Translations under genes and position numbers: made by a program
Shown here: positions 1-9,231 of the stretch, in pieces
Layout of the letters: each line of letters starts with the position of its first letter
Numbering within the stretch: the stretch's first letter is position 1
The notes under the pieces: model-generated
Told to the model about the DNA's origin: nothing
What the model saw: the letters and a program-made list of their open reading frames with translations, nothing else
Databases searched by the model: none
NCBI GenBank assembly: GCA_964343875.1
Contig: CAYFJW010000004.1
Location: 18,395-82,394 of the forward strand
Origin: Candidatus Woesearchaeota archaeon
GTDB lineage: Archaea > Nanobdellota > Nanobdellia > SCGC-AAA011-G17 > UBA489
Length of the DNA: 64,000 nucleotides
Direction of reading: 5' to 3'

Positions 1-541
1 CACGCTCTTCTAAATATGGTTTGAGGGCTTTAACGAAGCTTTTGGAAAGGATGATATTACGATCCTTCTTGCCCTTTCCTGCCCTTACTGTGCCCATGTT
101 CTCATCTAGATCTAAATCATTTACACGTAGTTTAACGGCTTCTGAAACTCTTAATCCTGAGGAGTATAGAAGCTCAATTAGAAGGCGGTGTTTAGGGTTT
201 TTGGCAGCTTCTAAGAGACTTTTTACTTCATCCATTGTAAGAACTGTAGGTAGTTTCTTTTCGATCTTAGGGGCTTTTATATCACCCATAATGTTTTTCT
301 TAAGAACGTCTTTGAAGTAGAACTTAATTGATGATAAGGCTAAGTTTATTGATGCGGGTTTTAGTTTTTTAGACGTCATTAAATGTGCAATGTACCTCTT
401 TAGATCTTGTTCTTTTATCTGTCTGGTGGGCTTTTGTGCGTAGTTTAGGAATTCTAAGTTTTGTCTAATGTAATTCTTAATTGTAACATCAGAATATCCT
501 CTAATTTTTAATTCCGTTTCTAAGTCTTCTAAGATCTTACA
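1..541 (-). CDS. Tyrosine recombinase (XerA/XerC-like integrase), N-terminal SAM-like domain and start of catalytic domain; 3' part lies beyond the window; no in-frame ATG at the 5' end
   Basis: Minus-strand translation gives LEDLETELKIRGYSDVTIKNYIRQNLEFLNYAQKP...LTMDEVKSLLEAAKNPKHRLLIELLYSSGLRVSEAVKLRVNDLDLDENMGTVRAGKGKKDRNIILSK. This contains the canonical G-x-R-x-x-E first catalytic Arg box and the gKGkK-R motif of phage-integrase-family recombinases. The ORF track misses it because it runs off the window edge and lacks an ATG. Confidence 0.75.
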
Positions 542-815
542 TCACCTTTTTGTTCGTATAATCTAAGAGAATAAATGTTTATATATTTATGGAGCGTGTA
601 AAGTAACTAGTGAATATTAGGAAGAGTCGAAGAGGAGGGGTGGAAAGGAAAGTTCATGATAGGCCGCTTCCTAGACTTCTTGATCCTTTTCATGCTAGAG
701 GGGTGTTTCCTATTAGGCGTGTGAGGGTTGATAGACCTTACTTCCCAAACAAACCAAAACCTGGGCCAGTTTATTTGGGGCCTGTTAGGAGAGGTAGATA
801 CGTGGGTGTTGCCTA

Positions 816-1532
816 GTGGGGCGTGTCCCCAAACCTGAAGTTCTTGATCAATTAGTAGAAATTAGCTTAGATGAGTTTAACAATGGGCACCACATTAAGG
901 ATCTGCCAGAGTTTAATGTTGCTTTTACAAGATATCCTTTTGAGAGAAAGCCAACTACTGCGAAAGATAGATTGAGCAAGGGCGTTGGTTTTAGAACAGG
1001 TGCTAAAAAGGATGCCTGGATGGAAAAGGCTGAGGCGTTTGCTAAGAGGAATCATAGATTTAGATATTGTGCTTTTGAGAGGACAGAAGATACAGTACTT
1101 AGATTCCGTCGGAAGACATCTGCGATTTCTAGGTTAATTATTGAATCCTACCTTGGTCTTGAACATGAGTATTCTCATCCTGATAAGTTAATAGTTGTAA
1201 TGGATGGCCCTGAATTTGGTAGGGGTGATGGAATGGGGGCAAGATCAAAAGCTGTTGTTGAAGAAAACTTGAGAGAGTATGGGTTGGAGAGCGAAGTCTT
1301 CTTTCGTGTTCGTGCTGACCAAGGTCAAAAACATCCAGCGGCATACATTGCAGATAGACTTGCATATCTGATTGCTGTTATGTATCGTGATAGTCTTCCT
1401 CGTTTGGAGTGGCCATTCCCAGAAAGAAGGGTGGATCTTAGTTTGCCACTTCCAGTTACTGCGGATGAACTAAGGTATATGGCCAGATTGTTAAAAAAGG
1501 GTTCTAGAGGCGGGTCTCACAGCTTTGAATAG
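816..1532 (+). CDS. Hypothetical protein; C-terminal half weakly resembles the DUF3800 / RNase-H-like pattern (IVVMDGPEF ... AAYIADRLAYLIA)
   Basis: 238-aa ORF with GC above the window average and no antisense competitor of comparable length. Motif resemblance is from memory only. Confidence 0.45.
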   Translation: MGRVPKPEVLDQLVEISLDEFNNGHHIKDLPEFNVAFTRYPFERKPTTAKDRLSKGVGFRTGAKKDAWMEKAEAFAKRNHRFRYCAFERTEDTVLRFRRKTSAISRLIIESYLGLEHEYSHPDKLIVVMDGPEFGRGDGMGARSKAVVEENLREYGLESEVFFRVRADQGQKHPAAYIADRLAYLIAVMYRDSLPRLEWPFPERRVDLSLPLPVTADELRYMARLLKKGSRGGSHSFE

Positions 1533-1591
1533 TGGATTCGTATAATATACATTATATGAAATTTTATAAACATTCAATTTATTAAATTCCT

Positions 1592-2224
1592 ATGATCCCA
1601 AGAGATTTAAGGCTGGTCCTAGTGGGAGTAATTAGCACCCTGGTCTTTCTTACTATTGCGCTCTCTCTCATTCTTTACTCTGAAATACTTCGGGAACACC
1701 AAGGAGTTGTAGCCTTTTTATCACTTCTCATATTGATCCTTGTATTCGTAGGAGATAAGTGGTGGGATCGTGAAAGGAGAAGAAAACAAAAGATAAATGC
1801 CTTATTGGCATTGTCAAGGCAGACGGACTATCTCAAGAGGAATCTTAAGTATGTAAAAGGGGCCATCCCTAAAAGGATAATGCCTGTCCATATACTTTCT
1901 TTGTATAACATTTCTTGGGAGCACTTTCCCATCTCTGTAGATGGTAAGAGCACTAGGGATTTGTATGAGCTTGCCACATTCATAGACGATAAGATACGTA
2001 CCCTAAATGAGAGGAGAGCAGAAATACTACAAATAGTACTTACTTACGACACAGTGGAAAGGAAAGAGGCGATGGTGGAAAAGTACTATAAATCTTTTGG
2101 GGAGGCCATAACTGAGGCGCTTGAAGGATTGGTAGATGGCTTAAATGCGATCACTACCATATTTTATAGGTGGGGCATTTACCCTTTAGATGGTTCAACA
2201 AGATTAACCAAATTATTGAAATAG
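1592..2224 (+). CDS. Membrane protein (2 N-terminal TM helices plus soluble domain), hypothetical
   Basis: 210-aa ORF with hydrophobic N-terminus (LVLVGVISTLVFLTIALSLILY, FLSLLILILVFVG). Confidence 0.45.
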   Translation: MIPRDLRLVLVGVISTLVFLTIALSLILYSEILREHQGVVAFLSLLILILVFVGDKWWDRERRRKQKINALLALSRQTDYLKRNLKYVKGAIPKRIMPVHILSLYNISWEHFPISVDGKSTRDLYELATFIDDKIRTLNERRAEILQIVLTYDTVERKEAMVEKYYKSFGEAITEALEGLVDGLNAITTIFYRWGIYPLDGSTRLTKLLK

Positions 2225-2225
2225 G

Positions 2226-3014
2226 GTGAAATTTTTTGATCTTGTTCAAAAAGCTTATTATCTTATCAAAAAGGATAAAACTATGGTATTGAAAGGTGAA
2301 GTTGTTGGCAGGCGGGATATTGAAGAAATTCGGCGACTATTTCTTGTTGCGTTTACAATTAGCATATTTATGCTAATGACTATCGAAAGATTTCTCAACC
2401 TTAAAATTGCAGAGGATATACTCACCCATACACCAAATGAGCTAACTCTGCGTTTTTCAATTGGAGTAGGTATCTATGTTTTTGCGTATCTCTTCTTTGG
2501 GGCCTGGAAGGAGCATCATAAGAACCTAGCCTCTTGCCTGATTTATTCGCTGAAGATAAACATTTTTCTTATGGGGGTTCTCATTCTTCATGCTGGTACG
2601 GTCTCAGTCTCTTACTTATGGGACACCTATTTGGGGTTGATAATTAATGGATGGATTGTTTTCCTAATCAACCATCAAGTTGTGTGGAATGGATTTCCTT
2701 TTCTAACATTCTTTTTTGCATCTTTGGGAGTGATATACGAGAATGTAAAAACATTTAAGCTTCTGGAAGAGGGTTTTTTTGTGTTTCAAATTAAAAAAAT
2801 AATTAAAAGAACATTCTCAAAACCAAGGATTAAAGCTAGTATTCATTTTAGTCTGGTTCTGGGTGTGACATTGTGGGCCACTACAGTCTATAGGGCTGCA
2901 GAGGGTAAACATTGGGCGTTTTATATAGGTGCATGGTTACTAATTGCATTTATCTTGTTAATTTTCGGTGGGTCTTTTTTAGACATTTTAGACAAAGAAA
3001 AAAAGTTCACATAA
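2226..3014 (+). CDS. Polytopic integral membrane protein, hypothetical
   Basis: 262-aa ORF starting 2 nt after the previous stop, with multiple hydrophobic segments. Confidence 0.45.
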   Translation: MKFFDLVQKAYYLIKKDKTMVLKGEVVGRRDIEEIRRLFLVAFTISIFMLMTIERFLNLKIAEDILTHTPNELTLRFSIGVGIYVFAYLFFGAWKEHHKNLASCLIYSLKINIFLMGVLILHAGTVSVSYLWDTYLGLIINGWIVFLINHQVVWNGFPFLTFFFASLGVIYENVKTFKLLEEGFFVFQIKKIIKRTFSKPRIKASIHFSLVLGVTLWATTVYRAAEGKHWAFYIGAWLLIAFILLIFGGSFLDILDKEKKFT

Positions 3015-3075
3015 CATATCTTAGGCGAAGTATAATCCGCCCTGCCAGTAGAGCCCCCAGCGAAGCCGAAAGAGA

Positions 3076-3204
3076 CTATTCAGGCACTTCCTGCCTAAAA
3101 CCGCACTTCTTGCAGTATCTGATGTGGAAGGAACCATCTGAGAATTTATGTTCTCCGTCGTGGAGTTTATCACCACATTCTGGACAATTTTCTTTGAATT
3201 TCAT
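3076..3204 (-). CDS. Small C4 zinc-ribbon protein (42 aa), not in the ORF track
   Basis: Minus-strand ORF MKFKENCPECGDKLHDGEHKFSDGSFHIRYCKKCGFRQEVPE with CPxCG...CKKCG. It overlaps the antisense + ORF 2912..3208, which looks spurious. Confidence 0.5.
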   Translation of the reverse strand: MKFKENCPECGDKLHDGEHKFSDGSFHIRYCKKCGFRQEVPE

Positions 3205-3241
3205 GTGAAAATTACTTGTTAGCAATGCTTAAAAGTTTTAG

Positions 3242-4180
3242 CTATGCTGCCTGGAATTTTGGACTCAAGAATCTTGCACTTTCAAGTATCCGTGGCATGT
3301 TTACTGGGGCAACTTCTTCTGGGTTCTTACCTGAAAGTTGTGCAAGGTCATTAAGCAATCTAACATATGCAGGTGTTACTTCAAAACCGCCCACAACTGG
3401 GGAGAACCTAGTATAATGTCCTGGTTCTTTAGCAGGCCTGTAAACTGCAGGGCATAATTGCGGCTTGTCCATTGTGAGAATTGAATCTACTCCTACGGGG
3501 ATAATGCCTCCCTCTTCACGTATTGCCTGATATTGTCTTGTACGCCTCATGTTTCTGTGTTCCATTTTTTGGTCTTGAATTCCAACGCCTCTGTATGTAA
3601 TGGCTTTTGCAAAATGAGCCTTAACTCTATCTACAAGCTCTCTCTTTTGCGACAAGAATAAATCTCTGTCTTCCAAATACCTTCCCCGTGCTTGGTTTTG
3701 AGCGACAGAGGTAAGAAATTCGTAGTTTTCGGAGTCGCTTAATGCATCAAAGTGGGCAACTGCTTGCCTGAATTCTGCTGTGTCGGGTGTTTGGAATCCT
3801 TGTAATACGTCAGATGTAAGTTGTTTTCTTTTGCTCCTTAGAGCGTCTGTAATTGCTCTATAGACTCTTGTAGCAGAGCTTCCGCTTACAACCTCATCAA
3901 TACCCATGAGATGAATTCCGTGGTCTTCATCAACCACCTCATCTAGAAAATTGCCCATCCAGTCCCTCATGACTAATTGGACTTGAGCAATACCGCTTGA
4001 TGCCGGCATATAGAAAACCTTCTGTGGATCAAAATCCTCACCAACGATGTGCATTGCATCTATGAAGGGTACAGAGCCCATCATGGGAGCTATAATTGCG
4101 TCTGGTGAGCTTTCATGGAATATCTCTGCGGCTTCTGCCATCCCTCGTTTAAAGTCCACTAGCGCTTCTCTAAAATTCAT
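3242..4180 (-). CDS. Hypothetical protein with an N-terminal phosphoribosyltransferase-type (PRTase) fold motif and a C-terminal domain of unknown function
   Basis: IHLMGIDEVVSGSSATRV matches the type-I PRTase PRPP-binding signature (four hydrophobics, D-D/E, two hydrophobics, S/T-G-x-S/T). Local GC is elevated relative to the window. Confidence 0.45.
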   Translation of the reverse strand: MNFREALVDFKRGMAEAAEIFHESSPDAIIAPMMGSVPFIDAMHIVGEDFDPQKVFYMPASSGIAQVQLVMRDWMGNFLDEVVDEDHGIHLMGIDEVVSGSSATRVYRAITDALRSKRKQLTSDVLQGFQTPDTAEFRQAVAHFDALSDSENYEFLTSVAQNQARGRYLEDRDLFLSQKRELVDRVKAHFAKAITYRGVGIQDQKMEHRNMRRTRQYQAIREEGGIIPVGVDSILTMDKPQLCPAVYRPAKEPGHYTRFSPVVGGFEVTPAYVRLLNDLAQLSGKNPEEVAPVNMPRILESARFLSPKFQAA

Positions 4181-4244
4181 GTTTCTGCGTGGAAAGTTGA
4201 TTATTTAAAACTTCCTATTTGTAATTACCTCAGAATGACAACAG

Positions 4245-4898
4245 TTATTTCTTCTTTGGTTCTGGCTCGGGCTCGGCCTCCTTTGGCTGTTTGACTTCGT
4301 TATCCTTGAAATAGGACTTTCCTTTCTCTGTAATGGCTATATAGGTCTGTTTGCCCTTTCTTAGCTTGTGGATGAATCCAGCATCTACGAGGATTCCAAT
4401 GTACTCAGAAACCGTGGATCTTACCTTGTCGTAGGATTTACCAGGGTAGAGGTCAGAAGCCAGCGTTTTTAGAGCAGTCCACTCTTGGCCGGACTCTCTT
4501 TGGAAGGCACCCAACCTAAAAAATATGGCTTTTTGTGTTTCAGTCAAGTCGTCCAAGGGGGTTCGTTCTATTCTCGGAGGTAATTTTTCGTTTTCATAGT
4601 CATAGTATGGTTTTTCTTTTGAGCTCTCTCGAGTTTTTGGCTGCTTTTGAAGGGAATTTTCCCTGTCTGCTAGGTAGGACATGACTTGGCCGATCTCCTC
4701 TATCCTGGATTCCATGTTTTTGAATCTGTCACTGTATTCTTCGTCCCTTGTTTTGAAAAAAGAAAGCCAATCACGGACTACTTTGATGTCCGACTTGATC
4801 CTTGTGAAGGAATGTTTCAAGTTTTCGGAGATTTGATTGACGTGATCGAGCGCTTTGTTAACTTCCGACCTCTTTTTTCCAAAGAACAAAAACCCCAT
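4245..4898 (-). CDS. Coiled-coil plus C-terminal winged-helix (MarR/TrmB-like) DNA-binding protein; paralog of 5516..6157
   Basis: C-terminal TETQKAIFFRLGAFQRESGQEWTALKTLASDLYPGKSYDKVRSTVSEYIGILVDAGFIHKL has a wHTH pattern. The N-terminal half is heptad-like and the tail is lysine-rich. Confidence 0.55.
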   Translation of the reverse strand: MGFLFFGKKRSEVNKALDHVNQISENLKHSFTRIKSDIKVVRDWLSFFKTRDEEYSDRFKNMESRIEEIGQVMSYLADRENSLQKQPKTRESSKEKPYYDYENEKLPPRIERTPLDDLTETQKAIFFRLGAFQRESGQEWTALKTLASDLYPGKSYDKVRSTVSEYIGILVDAGFIHKLRKGKQTYIAITEKGKSYFKDNEVKQPKEAEPEPEPKKK

Positions 4899-4902
4899 GC
4901 GA

Positions 4903-5110
4903 TTTAGACGTAGACGTTATTTATAAATGTAACTCATGTGTAGGAGACGTCCCTCTACATTCGTAGACGGGTGTAGACGTGTCGTAGACGGTTCGTAGAC
5001 GCGTTAATCGACGCTTTTTATAAAGAAAATGACCATTTACAGACGGGATCGACGCATTTTTGAAGGTTTTTCGAGAAATTCGAAAAGTGAGAAAAAGGTC
5101 ATCGACGCGT
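4903..5110. repeat. Iteron array: at least 6 direct copies of (C)GTAGACG followed by 3 copies of ATCGACGC, in the intergenic region between two paralogous wHTH genes
   Basis: tagacgtagacg (4905-4916); gtagacg at about 4963, 4973, 4984 and 4994; cctctac (inverted) at 4951; atcgacgc at about 5007, 5047 and 5101. Confidence 0.65.
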
Positions 5111-5515
5111 AAAAATTTTTGAAAAAAAGTTGAAAAAAGGCTAAATTCTTTCGGTTGAGGTTTTGTGAGGGTTAGAAGGGAGCCTGAGGAGGGATGAAAA
5201 AAGTAGAAAAAAGGTGCTGAAAGGTACGCTTATTTTGGAAAAGGGAGGAATAGGAAAGAGGGTGGTCAGGAATACCCTAGAATGGGAGAAGTGAGAAAGA
5301 AAAATAGGTATTGTTGGTGGACGGGGAGGAGCCGAGAAAGGTGCAGGATCTGCCCTATTTCCCATAAGTGAGAGCTAGTCATGAGAAGAGGGCTCCAAAA
5401 GTATCTATTTTAGGCGTTTTTGTGAGAAAATGATGCGTCGACGGAGGGTTTGAAGAGTGATTAACTCGGAAGAATACTGCTTTATTTCGAAAAAGTGAGA
5501 GATGAATTGAAAGAA

Positions 5516-6157
5516 CTACTCAAAAAGCGTAGTTTGATCAGTTGGATTCTCTCTGAGACGGATCAATTTATTGAGAAGGTTTAGGTCGTGAAAGTCTTCT
5601 TTTACCAAAAGTGAGGTTTTACGGTTGAAATGCCTCTCTTTCTTTAATGGGAGGCCTTTGGCCATTAGGCGGTTTGCAACGCCTCTAACGGTCGGTTCTG
5701 TTAGATTTAGGTGATTTGCAAGAAGTGAGTAGTTGACTTCTCCTTGCTTTTCTAGGTCTAAAATAGCCATGAACACCGAGAATTCCCTATCTGTGAGGGT
5801 TTTGAACTGTTTCTCAAAGTCCCTCTCTAGGGCCTGTAGGGTCTTTTTCGGAATGTTTTGTTGTCTTTCGTTGATGGTTGTTGACTGTTGATCGTTGACT
5901 GTTGATCGTTGATGATCGTTGATGACCCCTTTATTTCCAGTGGAGGCCTCTTTAAAGGAGGCTAAAATGGTCTTTATTTCTGTTATACCTTCTTTTAAAT
6001 CGTTTATTTTTAAATTAATCTCCTTAATCTCTGATTTATTGGATTTGGAGGTGCTTTCAAGGCTTCCTAGGCCTGTTTTTAAACTTGAAATGTCGTTTTT
6101 TACATTAGAGAAGGAATTCCTTATCTTTTCCTTAAAGGAGCTATCATCTTCTGCCAT
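5516..6157 (-). CDS. Coiled-coil plus winged-helix DNA-binding protein with an internal Q/N/D-rich tract; paralog of 4245..4898
   Basis: C-terminal REFSVFMAILDLEKQGEVNYSLLANHLNLTEPTVRGVANRLMAKG is a wHTH. The internal VINDHQRSTVNDQQSTTINERQQ tract is encoded by GTTGATCGTTGAC tandem repeats at 5870-5930. Confidence 0.55.
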   Translation of the reverse strand: MAEDDSSFKEKIRNSFSNVKNDISSLKTGLGSLESTSKSNKSEIKEINLKINDLKEGITEIKTILASFKEASTGNKGVINDHQRSTVNDQQSTTINERQQNIPKKTLQALERDFEKQFKTLTDREFSVFMAILDLEKQGEVNYSLLANHLNLTEPTVRGVANRLMAKGLPLKKERHFNRKTSLLVKEDFHDLNLLNKLIRLRENPTDQTTLFE

Positions 6158-6270
6158 TTTAGAGGGGATATTGGGGGCATTAGAATTATATAAGTCTTAC
6201 TTGTTGATCACTGTTGTTCATTGTTGATGATCGTTGATCATTGTTGACTAACCCCTTTATTTCCCATGGA
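5870..6270. repeat. GTTGAT(C/G)GTTGA(C/T) tandem repeats, with a degenerate second copy of the 5870-5945 segment at 6187-6270 in the intergenic space
   Basis: tgacccctttatttccagtgga (5925-5945) recurs as taacccctttatttcccatgga (6248-6270). The second copy encodes MGNKGVSQQ-stop, a truncated duplicate of the TGNKGVINDHQ segment of the 5516..6157 protein. Confidence 0.6.
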
Positions 6271-6784
6271 AATCCTTAGAAATCTTGTAGTAGAGCGCCA
6301 GGAAAGCCTCTTTTTGGGGTTTTAGGCCTACGGCGAGGAGTTTTTTAACTAGGTCTTGCCCAACGACCTTTTCTGTGCCTGTAGGAAGCTCGTAGCGCAC
6401 GATTTGGACAAGGGTTGGGCGGGATATGAATCCCTCATTTACCTGCAAACAGAGCTTCTGACCTGTTTCAATGCTTTTCACGACTAAATTGAATAGATTT
6501 ACCCTGATATCTCCACGGATGAATATATCTTTTTTGGCTTTAGCGAAGCCATTTGATAGGAGGAGCTCCTCTAGCATCGCTTTTATGGTTTGTTTGGCTG
6601 ACTGTTTGGGATTGTTTAGTGTTGATTGTTGATGATTGTTTAGTTCGATTACACGGCCTAGATAGGCTGAAACCTTTTGTTTAGGGTGCCTCTTGCTTCT
6701 TTTACGTCGTTTTGTAAGAACTAGGTATGCATATTTCCTTATACTTCCAGAAGTGTTTTTTCTTGTCTTAGTTCGTATATACAT
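6257..6784 (-). pseudogene. IS1634-family-like (IS4 superfamily) transposase N-terminal fragment, 175 aa, truncated at the duplication junction
   Basis: N-terminus MYIRTKTRKNTSGSIRKYAYLVLTKRRKRS...KQKVSAYLGRVIEL resembles the IS1634 transposase N-terminal pattern (MFxRxKxxKNGK.Y.YLVES.R...K..Q..LxxLGR). Full-length IS1634 transposases are about 450-550 aa, and there is no DDE domain here. Family resemblance is from memory. Confidence 0.4.
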
Positions 6785-6836
6785 ATGGTAGTGGGCACTA
6801 CAAAGAGATATATAAAATTAATGGAATTAAGAAGTG

Positions 6837-7289
6837 TTAGGATGCCTTTGGCTTGCCTTTTTCCGTAGCTTTTTCGGATTCCTTGGACTTTACTGCTATC
6901 CTTGGTAGGGATATGTGTGGTGGTAATCCTACTTGTTGTGATAATGAGAGTGCCATGACCCCGCATTTTGAGAAAATGTAATTTACTAATTGTCCAGAAA
7001 GTGAGGGATCAATCTTTGAGTGCTTGTCCCAATCCTCTAGGACCTTGTCTCTGGTTGCTTTGTCTGTTAGGAAGTGGATATGACCTATGATCTCTGTTTT
7101 GGCTACGTTTGGTAAGTAATCTACTTTGTATGAGAATTTGAATTTGAGTAGTGATTGGCCTGTTATTCCGTCAGGTGTTGGGTATTCTGCAATATCTAAG
7201 AACTTTATTCCGTTTTTTGCTTCTATCTTGCCTGTTATTTGGCCTGTCTTGTCTACGGATATTTTGTCCAGAGTAAAGTGAATTATCAT
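6837..7289 (-). CDS. Hypothetical protein
   Basis: 150-aa ORF with typical local codon usage; no recognisable motifs. Confidence 0.4.
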   Translation of the reverse strand: MIIHFTLDKISVDKTGQITGKIEAKNGIKFLDIAEYPTPDGITGQSLLKFKFSYKVDYLPNVAKTEIIGHIHFLTDKATRDKVLEDWDKHSKIDPSLSGQLVNYIFSKCGVMALSLSQQVGLPPHISLPRIAVKSKESEKATEKGKPKAS

Positions 7290-7324
7290 TGTGATGGGTT
7301 GATATTAGGGGATTATAAAACTTA

Positions 7325-9205
7325 CTATTTGGCTCTCTTAATCTTTCTTAGTAGGCTCTCGTGGCCCTTCCACTCGAGTGCCTCTTCGAGGATTGTTTCA
7401 AGTTTATCCGCTAGTATGATTTTTACCTTTCTTTTATTTTCTGGGCTTAGAAGGATATCATTGGCATTTGCTTTTGGTACAATTACTGTTTTGATTCCTG
7501 CCTGGATTGCAGCTTCAATCTTTTGTGTGACTCCTCCGACTGCTAGAACTTCACCTCTAACTGATAATGATCCTGTCATGGCTACATTTTGTTTTATTGG
7601 TACTTTCTTTAATGCTGAGATAATTGCTGTTGCTACTGCGATTGATGCTGAATCCCCTTCTACGCCACCGGACTCGGATGCAGTTTGTAGGAATTGGATA
7701 AAAATATCATATTTTTCTTTGATATCTTCTCCGAAGTATTTTAAGATGATTGCTGAAACATTTTGAACTGCTTCTTTTGCTATTTCTCCAAGCTTACCTG
7801 TTGCTATGAAGTCAGATCTCTTTCCACCAGGGGTAACTTCTGATTCAATTGGTAAAACTAAGCCGGAGAAGTATGAATCTGATCCCATTACTGCTAGTCC
7901 GTTTACTCGACCTACTCGAGATCCAGTTGTAACAATTACTTCGTATTTCTTTTTGTTTTCAATATACTTGTCTACTATTTGTTGTTCTAGTGTTCTTGCG
8001 AATTTCTTAGCGTTGATTACATGGATGGGTTGGACATATTTTGATTTTTGTTCAAGTGCTAAATCTCCTGCTGCCCTCACTAGGCCACCTAGCTCTCTTA
8101 ATCTAAGTGTGAGTTTCTTAGATGTTCCAGACCTTATTCTTGCTTCTTGGACTATTGTATCAACTGCTTCTTTTGTGAAGTGCGGGATTTTTTTATCTTT
8201 GTTAACTTCTTGTGCTACGAAGACTGCTAATTTGTATTGGTTTTCTGGAGTGTCATTCATTGAATGATTCATGTTTATTTCATAGCCATAACCTCTTATC
8301 CTGGATCTCAATGCCGGGTTCATTCTCTTTATTGTATCGGGGGTTCCAGCTGCTACTAAAATAAAGTCTGTTGGTGCTTCTTCTGAACGAACCATTGCAC
8401 CCGATGATCTTTCTGATTGCCCTGTTATTGGATATTTTCTTTCTTGCATGCATGTAAGTATCTCTTGTTGTGTTGCTGGGTCCATGTTGCCAACTTCATC
8501 TATGAATAATACTCCCTTGTTTGCTTTGTGTATCATCCCTGGAACTAGCCTTTCGTATGCTGGTGTTCCTAATCCTCCACTTTGTAATGGGTCGTGTAAT
8601 ACATCTCCTAAAAGTGCTCCTGCGTGACTTCCTGTTGCGTCAATGAAAGGTGCTTTTTCTTTTCTTGAATTGTCTATTAACATCTTAGGGACTTTTACTC
8701 CCTTTCTTGCTTTTTTATTTAAATTGAGGAATAAGATGAATATTGCTATGAACATCATGGATGAAATTAAGGATGCTGCCGCCATAATATCTCCATATTG
8801 TTTTCTAACCCACCATGGAGAGAATATTGATATTGCTATTAAGACATAGAAGAAGATCATTTGACCTTTGAATTGTTTTAAGGATTCTATTTTGAATTTG
8901 TTAACGTGTTTTGTTCCTTCTCCTCTTGGGAATGTTTTGATTATTGGATTGTGTTCATCTGATGGGTTGTCAAAGGATAAAACGTCATCTAATTCACTCT
9001 TGGGAATAAGTTCAGCCAGTGCTTGACCGGTCAAAGATTTACCTGTTCCAGGTTCTCCAATTAAAAGAACGTTTCTTCTTTGTTTTGCAGCTTTTCTTAT
9101 AATATCGACCGCTTCTTCTTGACCAACAATTTGGTTAACGGTAGATGAACTAGTCTCTATGTCTTTAGTTGTTTTAAACTTCTTAACAGATTTGGAACTA
9201 GCCAT
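7325..9205 (-). CDS. lonB: Archaeal membrane-bound ATP-dependent Lon protease (LonB)
   Basis: Walker [10 protein letters not shown]; a membrane-insertion segment with 2 TM helices inside the AAA+ module; C-terminal Lon proteolytic domain with catalytic Ser context ([19 protein letters not shown] ... [24 protein letters not shown]); 626 aa. Confidence 0.92.
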   Translation of the reverse strand: MASSKSVKKFKTTKDIETSSSTVNQIVGQEEAVDIIRKAAKQRRNVLLIGEPGTGKSLTGQALAELIPKSELDDVLSFDNPSDEHNPIIKTFPRGEGTKHVNKFKIESLKQFKGQMIFFYVLIAISIFSPWWVRKQYGDIMAAASLISSMMFIAIFILFLNLNKKARKGVKVPKMLIDNSRKEKAPFIDATGSHAGALLGDVLHDPLQSGGLGTPAYERLVPGMIHKANKGVLFIDEVGNMDPATQQEILTCMQERKYPITGQSERSSGAMVRSEEAPTDFILVAAGTPDTIKRMNPALRSRIRGYGYEINMNHSMNDTPENQYKLAVFVAQEVNKDKKIPHFTKEAVDTIVQEARIRSGTSKKLTLRLRELGGLVRAAGDLALEQKSKYVQPIHVINAKKFARTLEQQIVDKYIENKKKYEVIVTTGSRVGRVNGLAVMGSDSYFSGLVLPIESEVTPGGKRSDFIATGKLGEIAKEAVQNVSAIILKYFGEDIKEKYDIFIQFLQTASESGGVEGDSASIAVATAIISALKKVPIKQNVAMTGSLSVRGEVLAVGGVTQKIEAAIQAGIKTVIVPKANANDILLSPENKRKVKIILADKLETILEEALEWKGHESLLRKIKRAK

Positions 9206-9231
9206 TTTCAGTTTAGTAATGGGTGAAAAAA

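Noticed and set aside
21-320. 99-aa + strand ORF at the left edge
   Set aside because: Antisense to the clearly conserved tyrosine-recombinase reading frame on the minus strand. Its composition is Ser/Arg/Leu-rich, typical of a shadow ORF.
610-816. 68-aa Arg-rich ORF
   Set aside because: Low-complexity (R/P/G-rich), no motif, and it overlaps the start of the 816..1532 gene. More likely a 5' leader or shadow frame.
867-1365. Minus-strand ORFs 867..1055 and 1138..1365
   Set aside because: Fully embedded antisense within the longer 816..1532 ORF.
2912-3208. 98-aa + ORF (Arg/Ser-rich)
   Set aside because: Overlaps antisense to the compact C4 zinc-ribbon ORF at 3076..3204 and to the end of the membrane-protein gene. 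Its product is basic and low complexity with no motif.
4903-5110. Possible CRISPR array, considered because of clustered short repeats
   Set aside because: Repeat units are only 7-8 bp with irregular spacers of 2-40 bp and there are no cas genes. This is consistent with iterons, not CRISPR.
5141-5365. 74-aa ORF in the purine-rich tract
   Set aside because: Lies in a homopurine/homopyrimidine intergenic tract. Its product is Pro/Phe/Ser-rich and low complexity, and it is likely non-coding.
7239-8267. + strand ORFs 7239..7766, 7806..8267 and 8643..8849
   Set aside because: Antisense shadow ORFs within lonB. They are Ser/Cys/Phe-rich, whereas lonB carries unmistakable AAA+ and Lon motifs.
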